From assembly GCF_041648615.1 (NCBI RefSeq), contig NZ_JBAZOS010000012.1:225-64224 (forward strand): a DNA stretch of 64,000 bases. Direction: 5' to 3'. Of this stretch, positions 27,824-39,074 are shown one piece after another. Origin of the DNA: Brevundimonas sp. Lineage in GTDB: Bacteria; Pseudomonadota; Alphaproteobacteria; Caulobacterales; Caulobacteraceae. The notes below the pieces were generated by a model. That model had not been told where the DNA came from and did not search any database. It was given only the letters and a program-made list of their open reading frames with translations. Position 1 is the first letter of the stretch. The number at the start of each line of letters is the position of its first letter. The position numbers and the translations under genes were made by a program.

Positions 27824-28780
27824 TTGCAAGCCAGATCGGATATTGAAGACGCCGCGCGCTGGGCCACGCCCATGCTGTGGGGGCGGCTGGCGGTCAAGGC
27901 GTTCACGCGCAGCTGGGGCCGCGACGTGATGCTGTACACGGGCGGGGTGTCGTTCTTCGCCCTGCTGGCGGTGTTTCCGGCCATCGCCATCCTGATCGGC
28001 TTCTACAAGGCGGTGCTGTCCATCGCCCAGGTCAGCGAACAGGCGGCGGCCCTGGCCGACGTCATGCCGACGGCGGCGCGGGCCATTTTCATGGCCGAGA
28101 TCGAACGGCTGGCCAATGCGTCGGCCCGGACGGTGTCGGCCCAGAGCTTCTTCGCCGTGGTCATCGGCGGCTACGCCGCGCATCGCGGCTTCAAGGCCCT
28201 GCTGGCCGGCCTGAACCTGATCCACGACGAGACGGAGCCGCACGGCTTCTTCAAATTCAACCTGCTGGCCTTCTTCGTCGCCCTTGCGGCCTTCCTGCTC
28301 TTCACGGTGGTGTCGGGCGCGGTGGTGACCTCGCGATTGCTGGAGCACGCCGGTCCGGTCGCGGACGGGGCGCCGTCATCCGGCATCGCGCTGGACGGGC
28401 TGTGGCCGGCCCTGGGGCTCGCGATCGGCCTGACCATGCTCTACCGCTACGCCATGTCGCACCGGACCCCGGTGGCCTGGGCGCCGTCCATCGCCGGGGG
28501 ACTGGTGGCGACGGTGATGTCGACCGTCTCGTCCTGGCTGTGCGCCATCTATGTCGAGCAGATCGCACCGTTGGGCGCCACCTACGGCTCGGTCGGCGCG
28601 GTGGTGGTGCTGCTGATCTGGCTGTCGTGGAACGTCAACGCCATCTTCTACGGCGGCGCCTTCGCCACGGAGATGGAGATCGCGGCGCGGTCGCTCGGCG
28701 CGCCCGAAATCGAACCGGACGAGGCCCTGCCCGAGAGCGTGGTCAATCTGTCGGAGCGGCGGGCGTCTCGACCACGATAG
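27824..28780 (+). CDS. YihY/BrkB family membrane protein
   Basis: VSFFALLAVFP, YGSVGAVVVLLIWL motifs and multiple TMs; start uncertain (27824 TTG or 27872 ATG). Confidence 0.85.
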   Translation: MQARSDIEDAARWATPMLWGRLAVKAFTRSWGRDVMLYTGGVSFFALLAVFPAIAILIGFYKAVLSIAQVSEQAAALADVMPTAARAIFMAEIERLANASARTVSAQSFFAVVIGGYAAHRGFKALLAGLNLIHDETEPHGFFKFNLLAFFVALAAFLLFTVVSGAVVTSRLLEHAGPVADGAPSSGIALDGLWPALGLAIGLTMLYRYAMSHRTPVAWAPSIAGGLVATVMSTVSSWLCAIYVEQIAPLGATYGSVGAVVVLLIWLSWNVNAIFYGGAFATEMEIAARSLGAPEIEPDEALPESVVNLSERRASRPR

Positions 28781-28973
28781 TCAGGACGCCGTCCGCCTCA
28801 TCGACCGAAACGACGCGGCCGCCCAGACCGGTCATCAGATGCGGCACGTCGATGCGGGCCATGGGGTCCGTGGCCAGCAGGGTCAGGCGCGCCCCGGCGG
28901 GAGCCGCGCGCATCGCCTTCTGAAGCTTCAGGCTGGGGGTCGGGCAGCGATGGCCGCGGGCGTCGACGATCAT
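28743..28973 (-). CDS. TusA/SirA family sulfur-carrier protein
   Basis: DARGHRCPTP (CPxP) and ATDP...D; ATGA overlap with the cinA-family gene. Confidence 0.85.
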   Translation of the reverse strand: MIVDARGHRCPTPSLKLQKAMRAAPAGARLTLLATDPMARIDVPHLMTGLGGRVVSVDEADGVLTIVVETPAAPTD

Positions 28974-29461
28974 GCGCCGATCCGGTCCAGCAGCAGGCGC
29001 AGGGCGACGCGGACGCTTTCCAGACGGATCCCCTCGCGGCCGAGGTCGCCGAAGCGATGTTCGGCATGGATCACCCCGGACGGGCCCGAGGCGGCGAAAT
29101 GGACGAGGCCGACGGGCTTGGCGGCCGAGCCTCCGCCCGGGCCGGCGACGCCCGTGACCGCGACAGAGACCCGGGCCTCCGACCGGCGGACGGCGCCCTC
29201 GGCCATGGCGCGGGCGACGGGTTCCGAGACGGCTCCCTGGTCCTCGATCAGGTCGGCGGGAACCCCCAGCATCTCGCTCTTGGCGGCGTTGCTGTAGGTC
29301 ACGAAGCCCCGGTCCAGCACGGCGGAGGAGCCCGCGATCGCCGTCAGGGCTCCCGCGACCAGGCCGCCGGTGCAGCTTTCGGCCGTCGCCACCCTGAGGC
29401 CGCGCGCGACGGCCGCGTCGACGACCTGCCGGGCCAGTATGACAATATCGTCGGGGAACAT
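28970..29461 (-). CDS. CinA C-terminal domain / NMN deamidase (PncC-like)
   Basis: TAESCTGG, GSS, TYSN.AK, GAVS..VA..MA, TGVAGP.GG. Confidence 0.9.
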   Translation of the reverse strand: MFPDDIVILARQVVDAAVARGLRVATAESCTGGLVAGALTAIAGSSAVLDRGFVTYSNAAKSEMLGVPADLIEDQGAVSEPVARAMAEGAVRRSEARVSVAVTGVAGPGGGSAAKPVGLVHFAASGPSGVIHAEHRFGDLGREGIRLESVRVALRLLLDRIGA

Positions 29462-29544
29462 CGGGCGGGGCCTTCCGAAGGGACTGCGAGTCGGTCCAGG
29501 GTGGGCCAAAGCGCCCGGCTGCGGCGCCAGCATACGGGGCGGGC

Positions 29545-31857
29545 ATGAGCGACACCACCGGGGGCCGGGACGTTGATGTGGGCGCGCCGGGAACGCCCGC
29601 CGACCGGCTGACGCCGCTGCTGTTCGCCCTGGCGATCTTCACCTCGGCCTCGCTGGTGTTCGTGGTCCAGCCGATGGTGACCAAGCTGGTCCTGCCCATG
29701 CTGGGCGGATCGCCGGCGGTTTGGAACACGGCGATGGTCTTCTTCCAGACCGCGCTGCTGGCCGGCTACGCCTACGCCCACGTGTTGCAGAAGGTCGGGT
29801 CGATCAAGACCCAGGTGGCGATCCATCTGGCCCTGCTGCTCGCCGCCGCCCTGTTCCTGCCGCTGCGCGTCAACGGCTGGCTGGGCGATCCCGATCCGTC
29901 GGCGCCGGTCCTCTGGCTGCTGGCGACCCTGGCCCTGTCGGTCGGCGCGCCGTTCGCGGTGCTGTCGGCCACGGCGCCGTTGTTGCAGGCCTGGTATGCG
30001 CGGGTCCGGGCCGGCCACGCCGACGGCAGGAATCCCTATGTGCTGTACGCCGCCTCGAACCTCGGCAGCTTCCTGGCCCTGCTGTCCTATCCGGTCCTGA
30101 TCGAGCCGCTGGCGACCCTGTCGGGCCAACGGTGGGGCTGGAGCGGCGGCTATGTCGCCTTCATGCTGATGATCGTCGCCCTGGCCTTCGTGGTCTGGAG
30201 CCGACGGCTGGACCGCAGCGCGGAGCCGGCCCGGCTGGCGCCCAGCCCGCCGATGACGCTGCGCGAGAAGGTCATCCTGGTGCTGCTGGCGGCCGCGCCG
30301 TCCAGCCTGATGCTGGGGGTGACCTCGCACCTGTCGACGGACGTGGCGTCCGCGCCCTTCCTGTGGGTGGCCCCTCTGGCCCTGTATCTGCTGACCTTCG
30401 TCATCGCCTTCCAGAACAGGCCGTGGATTCCGCTGGGCGCCACCCTGCCGATACAGGCCGCCATCGGGGCGGTCTGCGTCCTGACGGTGGCCTTCCGCTC
30501 GTCCAACTGGAGCATGGCCTTCGCCATTCACCTGACCGCCTTCTTCTTCGCGGCCCTGATGTGCCACCAGCTGCTGGCGGCGCGGCGGCCGGCGCCGGAC
30601 CGGCTGACGGAATTCTATCTGCTGATGTCGCTGGGCGGCGTGGTCGGCGGCGCCTTCACCGCCCTGGTCGCCCCGGTCATCTTCAACATGGTCTGGGAGT
30701 ATCCGCTGGTTCTGGTGCTGGTCGGGCTGGCGCGACCGTGGGGCAAGGGTCCGCTCAACCCGACCCAGACGGGCCTGCTGGTGGCCGCCGCCCTGATCGC
30801 CGCCTCTCCGGTGCTGCTGTCGCTGTGGCTGAACAGCAATGATGGAGCGCGGGCCGCCTTCTATGCGACCTCGCCGTTCCAGATGGGCCAGCTGGCCATG
30901 ATCATCCTGCTGCCGGCCGCCATCTGCGCCTTCCTCGTGCGGGGCCGGGCGCTGGCCTTCACCGCCATCCTGCTGATGATCACCCTGTCGTCGCAGTGGA
31001 TCGCGCGCGGCTATGACTGGAGCTATTCGGGCCGCAGCTTCTTCGGCGTCATGCGGGTGGCCAATGCGCCGGACCCGCGACTGGGCGGCGACGTCCATGT
31101 GATGATGCACGGCACGACCCTGCACGGCGCCCAGGCGCGTGACCCGCGCTTCGACTGCGTGCCGACCCTGTACTACGCGGCCGCGACGCCGATCGGTCAG
31201 GCCGCCGAGATGGTCGAGGCGCGGGGCCCGGCCCGGATCGGCGTGGTCGGCCAGGGCTCGGGCGCCATGGCGACCTACAAGCGGGCCGAGGATTCGATGA
31301 CCTTCTTCGAGATCGATCCGATGGTCGACCGGCTGTCGCGCGATCCCGAGTGGTTCACCTATATCTCGAACTGCGCCGTGGGGCCGATCGACACGGTGCT
31401 GGGAGACGCGCGGCTGACGCTGGCGAAACAGCCGGCGGGGTCGTTCGACCTGCTGATCATCGACGCCTTCTCGTCGGACGCCGTGCCGACCCACCTGCTG
31501 ACGGCCGAGGCCATCGCCGGCTATCTGAAGCTGCTGAAGCCGAACGGCGTGGTGTTGCTGCACCTGTCGAACCGCAACCTCGACATCACCCTGCCGGCCG
31601 TCGCGGCGGCGCAGGCGCTGGGCAAGGCCAGCCTGCACCAGATCTACTACGAGGGGGATTCGACGCCCGAGATGGCCGAGGCCTCGACCGAGGCCCTGAT
31701 CCTGTCGCCGACGCCCGAGGGGCTGGCGGACTTCCGCGCCGATACGCGCTGGAAACAGCCGCTGCCGACGACCGTGCGGCCGTGGACCGACGACTACGTC
31801 AATCTGTTCGGCTCGCTGTGGCGCAGCATGTTCCCGCCGGCGGAGCGGCCGCTCTAG
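29545..31857 (+). CDS. Fused membrane domain / spermidine-synthase-like protein
   Basis: Many N-terminal TMs ([14 protein letters not shown]); C-terminal GQGSG, EIDP, GDAR, DAFSSD, WTDD. Confidence 0.88.
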   Translation: MSDTTGGRDVDVGAPGTPADRLTPLLFALAIFTSASLVFVVQPMVTKLVLPMLGGSPAVWNTAMVFFQTALLAGYAYAHVLQKVGSIKTQVAIHLALLLAAALFLPLRVNGWLGDPDPSAPVLWLLATLALSVGAPFAVLSATAPLLQAWYARVRAGHADGRNPYVLYAASNLGSFLALLSYPVLIEPLATLSGQRWGWSGGYVAFMLMIVALAFVVWSRRLDRSAEPARLAPSPPMTLREKVILVLLAAAPSSLMLGVTSHLSTDVASAPFLWVAPLALYLLTFVIAFQNRPWIPLGATLPIQAAIGAVCVLTVAFRSSNWSMAFAIHLTAFFFAALMCHQLLAARRPAPDRLTEFYLLMSLGGVVGGAFTALVAPVIFNMVWEYPLVLVLVGLARPWGKGPLNPTQTGLLVAAALIAASPVLLSLWLNSNDGARAAFYATSPFQMGQLAMIILLPAAICAFLVRGRALAFTAILLMITLSSQWIARGYDWSYSGRSFFGVMRVANAPDPRLGGDVHVMMHGTTLHGAQARDPRFDCVPTLYYAAATPIGQAAEMVEARGPARIGVVGQGSGAMATYKRAEDSMTFFEIDPMVDRLSRDPEWFTYISNCAVGPIDTVLGDARLTLAKQPAGSFDLLIIDAFSSDAVPTHLLTAEAIAGYLKLLKPNGVVLLHLSNRNLDITLPAVAAAQALGKASLHQIYYEGDSTPEMAEASTEALILSPTPEGLADFRADTRWKQPLPTTVRPWTDDYVNLFGSLWRSMFPPAERPL

Positions 31858-33005
31858 GCCGGCAGTTCGATCGTCGCCAGGGCCTGGGCGGCGAGGCCCT
31901 CGCCGCGGCCGGTGAAGCCCATGGCCTCGGTGGTCGTGGCCTTGACGCTGACGGCGTCGAGCGGAAGCGACAGGATGTCGGCGAGGCGCTCGCGCATGGC
32001 CTGACGATGCGGCTTCACCTTGGGCCGCTCGCAGATCAGGGTCACGTCGACATTGACCAGCCGGCCGCCGCGCGCCGTCAGCCGTTCGACGGCGTGGATC
32101 AGGAACAGGTCGGATGACGCGCCCTTCCACCGCGGATCGGTGGGCGGGAAGTGGTCGCCGATGTCGCCGTCGCCCATGGCGCCGAGAATGGCGTCGGTCA
32201 GGGCGTGCAGGCCCGCATCGGCGTCGGAATGGCCGATCAGGGTCTGGTCGTGGGGAATCTCGACGCCGCACAGCCACACGGATGTTCCCGGCCCCCAACG
32301 GTGGGCGTCGAAGCCCTGACCGACGCGGATCTGGCGGGGAATGAGCGCTTCGGCCATGGCGAAATCCTCGGGGAAGGTCAGTTTCATCAGGCGCGCGTCG
32401 CCCTCGACGATGCGGACGCGGCCGCCGGCGCGCTCCAGCACCGCGGCCTCGTCGGTGGCGGGTTCGGCGTCCGGCCAGGCGGCGTAGGCCTCGACGATGG
32501 CCTGATAGCGGAAGGCCTGCGGGGTCTGGGCGCGCCACAGGCCGTCGCGATCCACACCGCCCGCGACAAGTTCGTCCGCCGCCCGGCGCAGGCTGTCGGC
32601 CACAGGCAGGGCGGGCAGGGCGCCGTCGGCCTCATCGAGCGCCGCGATCAGGCGGCGGATGACGGGGGCGTCGAGGAAGGGGCGGGCGGCGTCATGGATC
32701 AGCACGGGGCGCTCCCCGGGACCGCCGAGCGCCTGCAGGCCGCTGCGGACCGAGGCGGCGCGCGTATCTCCGCCCGTCGCGAGACGCCAGCCGGAGAGGC
32801 CGGCCAGCGCCGTTCGGGCCTCGGCTTCGGAACCGGCGGAGACCACGACCACGACGTCCCTGGCCCCGGCCTTCAGCAGGGCCTCGACCGACCAGCGCAC
32901 GACCGGCTTGCCGCCGAGGGCCCGCCATTGCTTGGTCCCTCCGGCGCGGGAGCCGGAGCCGGCGGCGACCACGATGGCGGCGAAGAGGAGCGAGGGCGTG
33001 GTCAT
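31854..33005 (-). CDS. ispDF: Bifunctional IspD/IspF
   Basis: AAGSGSR, HDAARP, QTPQ.F (IspD); GFDAH, GHSDAD, DIGDHFP, KATTTE (IspF). Confidence 0.96.
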   Translation of the reverse strand: MTTPSLLFAAIVVAAGSGSRAGGTKQWRALGGKPVVRWSVEALLKAGARDVVVVVSAGSEAEARTALAGLSGWRLATGGDTRAASVRSGLQALGGPGERPVLIHDAARPFLDAPVIRRLIAALDEADGALPALPVADSLRRAADELVAGGVDRDGLWRAQTPQAFRYQAIVEAYAAWPDAEPATDEAAVLERAGGRVRIVEGDARLMKLTFPEDFAMAEALIPRQIRVGQGFDAHRWGPGTSVWLCGVEIPHDQTLIGHSDADAGLHALTDAILGAMGDGDIGDHFPPTDPRWKGASSDLFLIHAVERLTARGGRLVNVDVTLICERPKVKPHRQAMRERLADILSLPLDAVSVKATTTEAMGFTGRGEGLAAQALATIELPA

Positions 33006-33068
33006 CCCGGCCTTCTAATCGCCGCGGTTGCGCTTGACGAGGGGCCGCGACGGCGCGGAAAGGGTCCG

Positions 33069-34121
33069 ATGGCTGCAGGCATACAGATCGGCGACGTGTG
33101 GGTGCCCGGACGGGTGCTGACCGCGCCCATGACCGGGATCACCGACCTGCCGTTCCGGCGGCTGGCTTCGCGGCTGGGCGCGGCCTATGTCGCCACCGAG
33201 ATGGTGGCCGCCGCCGAGCTGGCGCGGGCCCGGCCCGACGTGGTGCGCCGCGCGGCCGTCGGCGAGGGGCTGCCGCTGACCGTGATCCAGCTGGTCGGCC
33301 GCGATCCGGGCGCCATGGCCGAGGGCGCGCGCATGGCCGAACAGGCCGGCGCCGACATCATCGATCTGAATTTCGGCTGTCCGGCCAAGGAGGTCACGGG
33401 CTCGGCCTGCGGCTCGGCCCTGATGCGGACGCCCGAGCTGGCCTGCCGGCTGATGCAGGCGGCGGTCGAGGCGACGTCGCGGCCCGTCACCGTCAAGATG
33501 CGGCTGGGCTGGGACGACGCGCATCGCAATGCGCCCCTGCTGGCGAAGCGGGCCGAGGAGATCGGCGTGCGGGCTGTCACCGTGCATGGCCGGACGCGGG
33601 CGCAGTTCTACACCGGGCAGGCGGACTGGACGGCGGTCGGCGAGGTCAAGGCGGCTGTGGGCATTCCGGTCATCGTCAACGGCGACATCCTGACCGCCGA
33701 CGACGCCCGCGAGGCGCTGCGCCAGTCGGGCGCCGACGCCCTGATGCTGGGCCGCGGCGTCTATGGGCGGCCGTGGCTGGCGGCGCATATGGAGCGGGCC
33801 CTGGCCGACGGGACGGTGCTGCTGGAGCCGGGGCGGGACGAGCGGCTGCACATCGTCATCGAACATCTGCGGGCCTCGGTCGCCTTCTACGGCCTGCCGC
33901 TGGGCCTGAAGATGTTCCGCAAACATCTGGGCTGGTACATCGAACAGGCGCCGTGGCCCCGGGATCCGCTGGAGCGGCGGACGGCGAAATCCCGGTTGTG
34001 CCGCCTTGAAAGCCCCGAGGATGTCGAGCGCGAACTGGCGCTGCTGTGGCGGCCAGTGACGCATTCTGGCAACCACCCTGTTGATATTCCGCCACAGCTG
34101 GCGGAAGCTGCCGCTGTATGA
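33069..34121 (+). CDS. dusB: tRNA dihydrouridine synthase (NifR3/DusB)
   Basis: APMTGITD, DLNFGCP, GSALM, VKMRLGWD, VHGRT, NGDI, RKHLGWY. Confidence 0.94.
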   Translation: MAAGIQIGDVWVPGRVLTAPMTGITDLPFRRLASRLGAAYVATEMVAAAELARARPDVVRRAAVGEGLPLTVIQLVGRDPGAMAEGARMAEQAGADIIDLNFGCPAKEVTGSACGSALMRTPELACRLMQAAVEATSRPVTVKMRLGWDDAHRNAPLLAKRAEEIGVRAVTVHGRTRAQFYTGQADWTAVGEVKAAVGIPVIVNGDILTADDAREALRQSGADALMLGRGVYGRPWLAAHMERALADGTVLLEPGRDERLHIVIEHLRASVAFYGLPLGLKMFRKHLGWYIEQAPWPRDPLERRTAKSRLCRLESPEDVERELALLWRPVTHSGNHPVDIPPQLAEAAAV

Positions 34122-36415
34122 CGGACACACCTCCCGCCGATGCAGAAACCGGACCCGCCGCGGATCGACGCGGCGTGGGTCGCTGGTTCGCCGGCTGGTC
34201 GGAGGAGCGGCGCCGAAACACCTTCCTTGTCGTCTACACCCTCGCCTTTCTGATCACTGTCGCCGCCATCTGGCTGGTGGCCGTGGCTCCGGGCAGCAGC
34301 GGCGAAGGCGCGCGGGCGACCGCCAGCCAGGCGGTGCTGGTCATCCTCGGCGCCAATCTGTTGCTGATCGGAGGGCTGGCGATCGTCGTGGGACAGCGGG
34401 CCCTGTCCCTGTTCCGCCGCCGCACGGATGCAGGCGCGCGCCTGCACCTGAGGTTCGTGACCCTGTTCTCGCTGGTGGCCCTGGTGCCGGCGGTGCTGGT
34501 CGCCCTGGTGTTCGGGGTGCTGGTCAATCGCGGCGTGGACCAGTGGTTCAGCGACAATGTCCAGTCGGCGGTCAAGAACGGCGCCCTGATCGGCGACGCC
34601 TATCTGGAAGATGTCTCCGAGGAGATGGACGGCGATCTGCGGGTCATTTCCGACCAGTTGGTGGGGGTCCGGCCCCTGTTCGAGAACCGCATCCAGTTCT
34701 CCGACGCCCTGACCCAGATCGCCGACCTGTTCGGCTATCCGGCCATCTACATCCTGGGGCCCGAGGGCGAGGTTCTGGCCAGCGGCGAAGCGCCGGGCGC
34801 GCCGGCCTTTGTCGCGCCGCCGCGCGTCGTGCTGGAGGCGGCTGCCGAGGGCGGAGAGCCGCCGCAGGAGGTCACCGAGCATCCGGACGCCGTGCGGTCG
34901 CTGATCGCCCTGCCGACCTACGGCGACGCCTATCTGTACCTCGTCCGGCCGCTCCAGGACGGACTGATCGCCCAGATGCGCAACGGCGAGGAATCGATCA
35001 TCGCCTATCGCGAAGCCGAGCAGAGCCGGCGGCGCATACAGGCGGCCTTCGCTCTCAGCTATTTCGAGACCGCCCTGCTGGTGCTGGTCGGCGCCATCTG
35101 GCTGGGCATGGGCGCGGCCAGCGCCATCTCCGGCCCGATCGGCCGGCTGGCCGAGGCGGCCGACCGGGTGGCCGGCGGCGACCTGACCGCGCGCGTGGAC
35201 GCCGCCGATGGTCCCGGCGAGATCAAGACCCTGTCGGCCGCCTTCAACCGCATGACCGGCGATCTGGAGGCGCAGCAGGCCGCCCTGCGCGCCGCCAGCG
35301 AGGAGGCCACCGGCCGGAGCCGGTTCATCGAGACCGTCCTGTCAGGCGTGTCGGCGGGCGTCATCGGCCTCGACAGGATGCGCCGCGTCTCGGTCATCAA
35401 CGACAGCGCGGTCGAGCTTCTGGCCATCCGCGACGCGGACATCATCGGCCGGCCGCTGGGCGAGGTGTCGCCCGAACTCAGCGAACTGGCGGGCCGGGCC
35501 GAGGCCCACATCGAGGAAGAGATCGACGTCAGCCTGGAAGGTGAAACCCGGCGGCTGCGCGTCCGCATCGAGGGCGGCGTGGGCGGCGAGATGGTGCTGA
35601 CCTTCGACGACATCACCCGCCTGGTCACGGCCCAGCGCAACGCCGCCTGGCGCGACGTGGCGCGGCGGATCGCGCACGAGATCAAGAACCCCCTGACGCC
35701 GATCCAGCTGTCGGCCGAGCGTCTGCGGCGGCGCTATCGCAGCCAGGTCGTGGATGACGTCGAGGTGTTCGACCGCTGCACCGAGACCATCATCCGCCAG
35801 GTCGGCGACATCGGCCGGATGGTGGACGAATTCTCGTCCTTCGCCCGCATGCCGGCGCCGCGCTTCGCCGCCGTCGATCCGGCCGAGCTGCTGCGCGAGG
35901 CGGTCTTCGCCCAGCGCGTGGCGGCGTCCGACATCGGCGTGGAGCTGCTGGAGCCCCTGCCCAGGGCGGTGCTGCACGCCGACCGGCCCATGATCGGCCA
36001 GGCCCTGGCCAACATCCTCAAGAACGCCGGGGAGGCCGTGGCCGCGCGCCGGGCGATCGCTCCTCGTGAGGGCGACGGCGACCGTCCGGGCATTTCGGCG
36101 CGGTTGTCCGTCGAAGATGAGACGGCGACCTTCGTTATCGAGGACGACGGCATGGGCCTGCCGCCGAAGGATCGCGACCGCCTGACCGAACCCTATGTGA
36201 CGACGCGCGAGAAGGGCACCGGCCTGGGTCTCGCGATCGTCAAACGCATCTGCGAGGAACACGGCGGCGAGCTGAAGCTGGCCGATGCGGAAGCCCTGTC
36301 GGGGGCGCGCGTGTGCCTGATCTTCCCCCTGAAATCCCAACCCAAATCGACCGGCGCCGCCGGGGCGAAGGATGCGAAAGCGTCCCGGTCCCCGACTGTT
36401 CCGGCCGCCGAATAG
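34118..36415 (+). CDS. ntrY: Sensor histidine kinase NtrY
   Basis: TMs, HAMP, PAS, WRDVARRIAHEIKNPLTP, EPYVTTREKGTGLGL; directly upstream of ntrX. Confidence 0.92.
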   Translation: MTDTPPADAETGPAADRRGVGRWFAGWSEERRRNTFLVVYTLAFLITVAAIWLVAVAPGSSGEGARATASQAVLVILGANLLLIGGLAIVVGQRALSLFRRRTDAGARLHLRFVTLFSLVALVPAVLVALVFGVLVNRGVDQWFSDNVQSAVKNGALIGDAYLEDVSEEMDGDLRVISDQLVGVRPLFENRIQFSDALTQIADLFGYPAIYILGPEGEVLASGEAPGAPAFVAPPRVVLEAAAEGGEPPQEVTEHPDAVRSLIALPTYGDAYLYLVRPLQDGLIAQMRNGEESIIAYREAEQSRRRIQAAFALSYFETALLVLVGAIWLGMGAASAISGPIGRLAEAADRVAGGDLTARVDAADGPGEIKTLSAAFNRMTGDLEAQQAALRAASEEATGRSRFIETVLSGVSAGVIGLDRMRRVSVINDSAVELLAIRDADIIGRPLGEVSPELSELAGRAEAHIEEEIDVSLEGETRRLRVRIEGGVGGEMVLTFDDITRLVTAQRNAAWRDVARRIAHEIKNPLTPIQLSAERLRRRYRSQVVDDVEVFDRCTETIIRQVGDIGRMVDEFSSFARMPAPRFAAVDPAELLREAVFAQRVAASDIGVELLEPLPRAVLHADRPMIGQALANILKNAGEAVAARRAIAPREGDGDRPGISARLSVEDETATFVIEDDGMGLPPKDRDRLTEPYVTTREKGTGLGLAIVKRICEEHGGELKLADAEALSGARVCLIFPLKSQPKSTGAAGAKDAKASRSPTVPAAE

Positions 36416-36424
36416 CGAGGCGAT

Positions 36425-37840
36425 ATGCGATCCACGGGAGCCGATATTCTGGTCGTCGACGACGAGGCCGACATCCGCGAGCTGGTTTCGGGCCTGCTCG
36501 AGGACGAGGGCCACGCCGTGCGCGTGGCCTCCAACTCGGACGAGGCCTTGGCCGCGATCCGGGCGAGGAAGCCGTCGCTGGCGCTGCTGGACATCTGGAT
36601 GCAGGGCGGCGGTCTGGACGGGCTGGAACTGCTGGACGTGATCAAGGAGCTGGATCCGGACCTGCCGGTGGTGATGATCTCGGGCCACGGCAACATCGAA
36701 ACGGCGGTCACGGCCCTGCAGCGCGGGGCCTATGACTTCATCGAGAAGCCGTTCAAGTCCGACCGTCTGGTGGTGGTGGTGCAGCGGGCGCTGGAGGCGA
36801 CCTCGCTGAAGCGCGAAAACCGCCGGCTGCGGGCTCAGGTGGCGGCCCCGACCGGCTTCATCGGCCGGTCCGCGGCGGCCCAGGCGCTGCGCACGACCAT
36901 CGCCAAGGTGGCCCCGGCCAACAGCCGCGTGCTGATCTCGGGCCCGCCGGGATCGGGCAAGGAACTGGTCGCGCGCCAGATCCACGAGGCCAGCGCCCGG
37001 TCCAGGGGGGAGTTCGTCGCCATCGCCGCCGCCGGCATGACGCCGGAACGTCTGGACCTCGAACTGTTCGGGGAAGAGGGCGTCGACGGCCGTCCGCGCA
37101 AGATCGGCGTGTTCGAACGCGCCCACAACGGCACCCTCTATCTGGACGACGTCGGCGACATGCCGCGCGAGAGTCAGAGCCGGGTGCTGCGCGTTCTGGT
37201 CGAGCAGCGCTTCCGTCGCGTCGGCGGCGAGCAGGACGTGCAGGTCGACATTCGCGTGGTCACCTCGACCTCGCGAGACCTGAAGCAGGAGATCGCCGAG
37301 GGCCGGTTCCGCGAGGACCTGTTCCACCGGCTCAATGTGGTGCCCATCCGGGTGCCGGCCCTGTCCGAGCGGCGCGAGGACATCCAGGAGCTGATCGACT
37401 ATTTCATCGACACCCTGTCCTCGTCCCAGGGCCTGCCCAGGCGGCGGATGGGCGACGACGCCATCGCCGTGCTGCAGGTGCATCCGTGGCCGGGCAACGT
37501 CCGCCAGCTGCGCAACAACGTCGAACGGCTGCTGATCCTGGCCACCGGCGACGTCAATGAGCCGATCAGCGCCGACATGCTGCCGCAGGAGGCGACCAAC
37601 GCCAATTCCACCGGCACCCTCGGCGGCGAACGCATCATCGCCCTGCCGCTGAGAGAGGCGCGCGAGGTGTTCGAGCGGGAATATCTGGCGGCGCAGATCA
37701 TGCGCTTCGGCGGCAATATCTCGCGCACCGCGGCCTTCATCGGCATGGAGCGGTCGGCCCTGCACCGGAAGCTCAAATCACTGGGCGTGTCGCCGTCGCG
37801 CGGCGGCGAAGAGGATATCGAAGAGGTCATCGAGGCATGA
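36425..37840 (+). CDS. ntrX: Response regulator NtrX
   Basis: REC (DIWM), AAA+ GPPGSGKE lacking GAFTGA, FREDLFHRL, C-terminal MERSALHRKL HTH. Confidence 0.93.
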   Translation: MRSTGADILVVDDEADIRELVSGLLEDEGHAVRVASNSDEALAAIRARKPSLALLDIWMQGGGLDGLELLDVIKELDPDLPVVMISGHGNIETAVTALQRGAYDFIEKPFKSDRLVVVVQRALEATSLKRENRRLRAQVAAPTGFIGRSAAAQALRTTIAKVAPANSRVLISGPPGSGKELVARQIHEASARSRGEFVAIAAAGMTPERLDLELFGEEGVDGRPRKIGVFERAHNGTLYLDDVGDMPRESQSRVLRVLVEQRFRRVGGEQDVQVDIRVVTSTSRDLKQEIAEGRFREDLFHRLNVVPIRVPALSERREDIQELIDYFIDTLSSSQGLPRRRMGDDAIAVLQVHPWPGNVRQLRNNVERLLILATGDVNEPISADMLPQEATNANSTGTLGGERIIALPLREAREVFEREYLAAQIMRFGGNISRTAAFIGMERSALHRKLKSLGVSPSRGGEEDIEEVIEA

Positions 37841-38700
37841 GCCGCGTCGCCTATGTCAACGGCCAGTACCAGCCGCACGGTCAGGCCGTGATCCATGTCG
37901 AGGATCGCGGCTTCCAGTTCGCCGACGGCGTCTACGAGGTCTGGTCGGTCTTCGACGGCCGCATGGCCGATTTCGAGGGCCATATGACGCGGCTGCACCG
38001 CAGCCTGAACGAACTGCGCATCGACATTCCGATGACCCGCGAGTCCCTGACCCGGGTGCTGCAGGAAACCATCCGACGCAACCGGGTCCGCAACGGCATC
38101 GTCTATCTGCAGATCACGCGGGGCACGGCCCGCCGGGACCATCCGTTCCCGGCCGAGGGCACGCCGCCCAGCGTCGTCGTGACGGCGAAGTCGATCAGCG
38201 CCGACCGAAGCGAAGCCACGGCCAAAAAGGGCGTCGCCGTCGTCACCGTGCCCGACATCCGCTGGGGCCGTTGCGACATCAAGACCGTCGGCCTTCTGGC
38301 CAACGTCCTGGCCAAGCAGCAGGCGCGCGAGCGCGGCGCCTATGAGGCCTGGATGGTGGACGAAATGGGCCTGGTCACCGAGGGCTCATCGACCAACGCC
38401 TGGATCGTCGACGAACACGGCAAGCTGCGCACGCGCGACACCCAGGCCAACATCCTTAAGGGGATCACGCGTACGGCGATCATGGCGCTGATCGAGGAAG
38501 AGGGCGTCGAACTGGACGAACGGCCGTTCAGCGTCGATGAGGCCAAGCGGGCGAAGGAGGCCTTCTTCACGGCCGCCGGGGCCTTCGTCATGCCGGCGGT
38601 GTCGATCGACGGGGTGAAGATCGGAAACGGCAAGCCGGGTCCGATCACCACCCGTCTGCGCACCCTGTATCTGGATCAGGCGCGCCGCGACGCCATCTAG
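37837..38700 (+). CDS. dat: D-amino-acid transaminase (class IV aminotransferase)
   Basis: EDRGFQFADGVYE, RCDIKT, EGSSTN, ILKGITR. Confidence 0.88.
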   Translation: MSRVAYVNGQYQPHGQAVIHVEDRGFQFADGVYEVWSVFDGRMADFEGHMTRLHRSLNELRIDIPMTRESLTRVLQETIRRNRVRNGIVYLQITRGTARRDHPFPAEGTPPSVVVTAKSISADRSEATAKKGVAVVTVPDIRWGRCDIKTVGLLANVLAKQQARERGAYEAWMVDEMGLVTEGSSTNAWIVDEHGKLRTRDTQANILKGITRTAIMALIEEEGVELDERPFSVDEAKRAKEAFFTAAGAFVMPAVSIDGVKIGNGKPGPITTRLRTLYLDQARRDAI

Positions 38701-38808
38701 GCGTTGCGGCCCCGCGCGGGCGGCGTCTAAGGTGAGGGGCCGGACATCCGATCCAGCCCCGCGCCGCTCCCTCGGCCGGAGAACAAGCAAGAACAGGCTG
38801 AACCTGCC

Positions 38809-39054
38809 ATGTCGCAAGACAAGTCCAAGAACCTTCAGGACACCTTCCTCAACAGCGTCCGCAAGACCAAGACGCCGCTGACCATCTTCCTGGTCAACGG
38901 GGTCAAGCTGCAGGGCATCGTGACCTGGTTCGACAACTTCTGTGTGCTGCTGCGCCGCGACGGCCAGTCGCAGCTGGTCTACAAACACGCCATCTCGACC
39001 ATCATGCCGTCCGCGCCCGTGCAGCTGTACGAGCCGGAGGCCGACGAGGACTGA
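38809..39054 (+). CDS. hfq: RNA chaperone Hfq
   Basis: [24 protein letters not shown]. Confidence 0.98.
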   Translation: MSQDKSKNLQDTFLNSVRKTKTPLTIFLVNGVKLQGIVTWFDNFCVLLRRDGQSQLVYKHAISTIMPSAPVQLYEPEADED

Positions 39055-39074
39055 CCGGCCTTCCGTCCTTTCGA

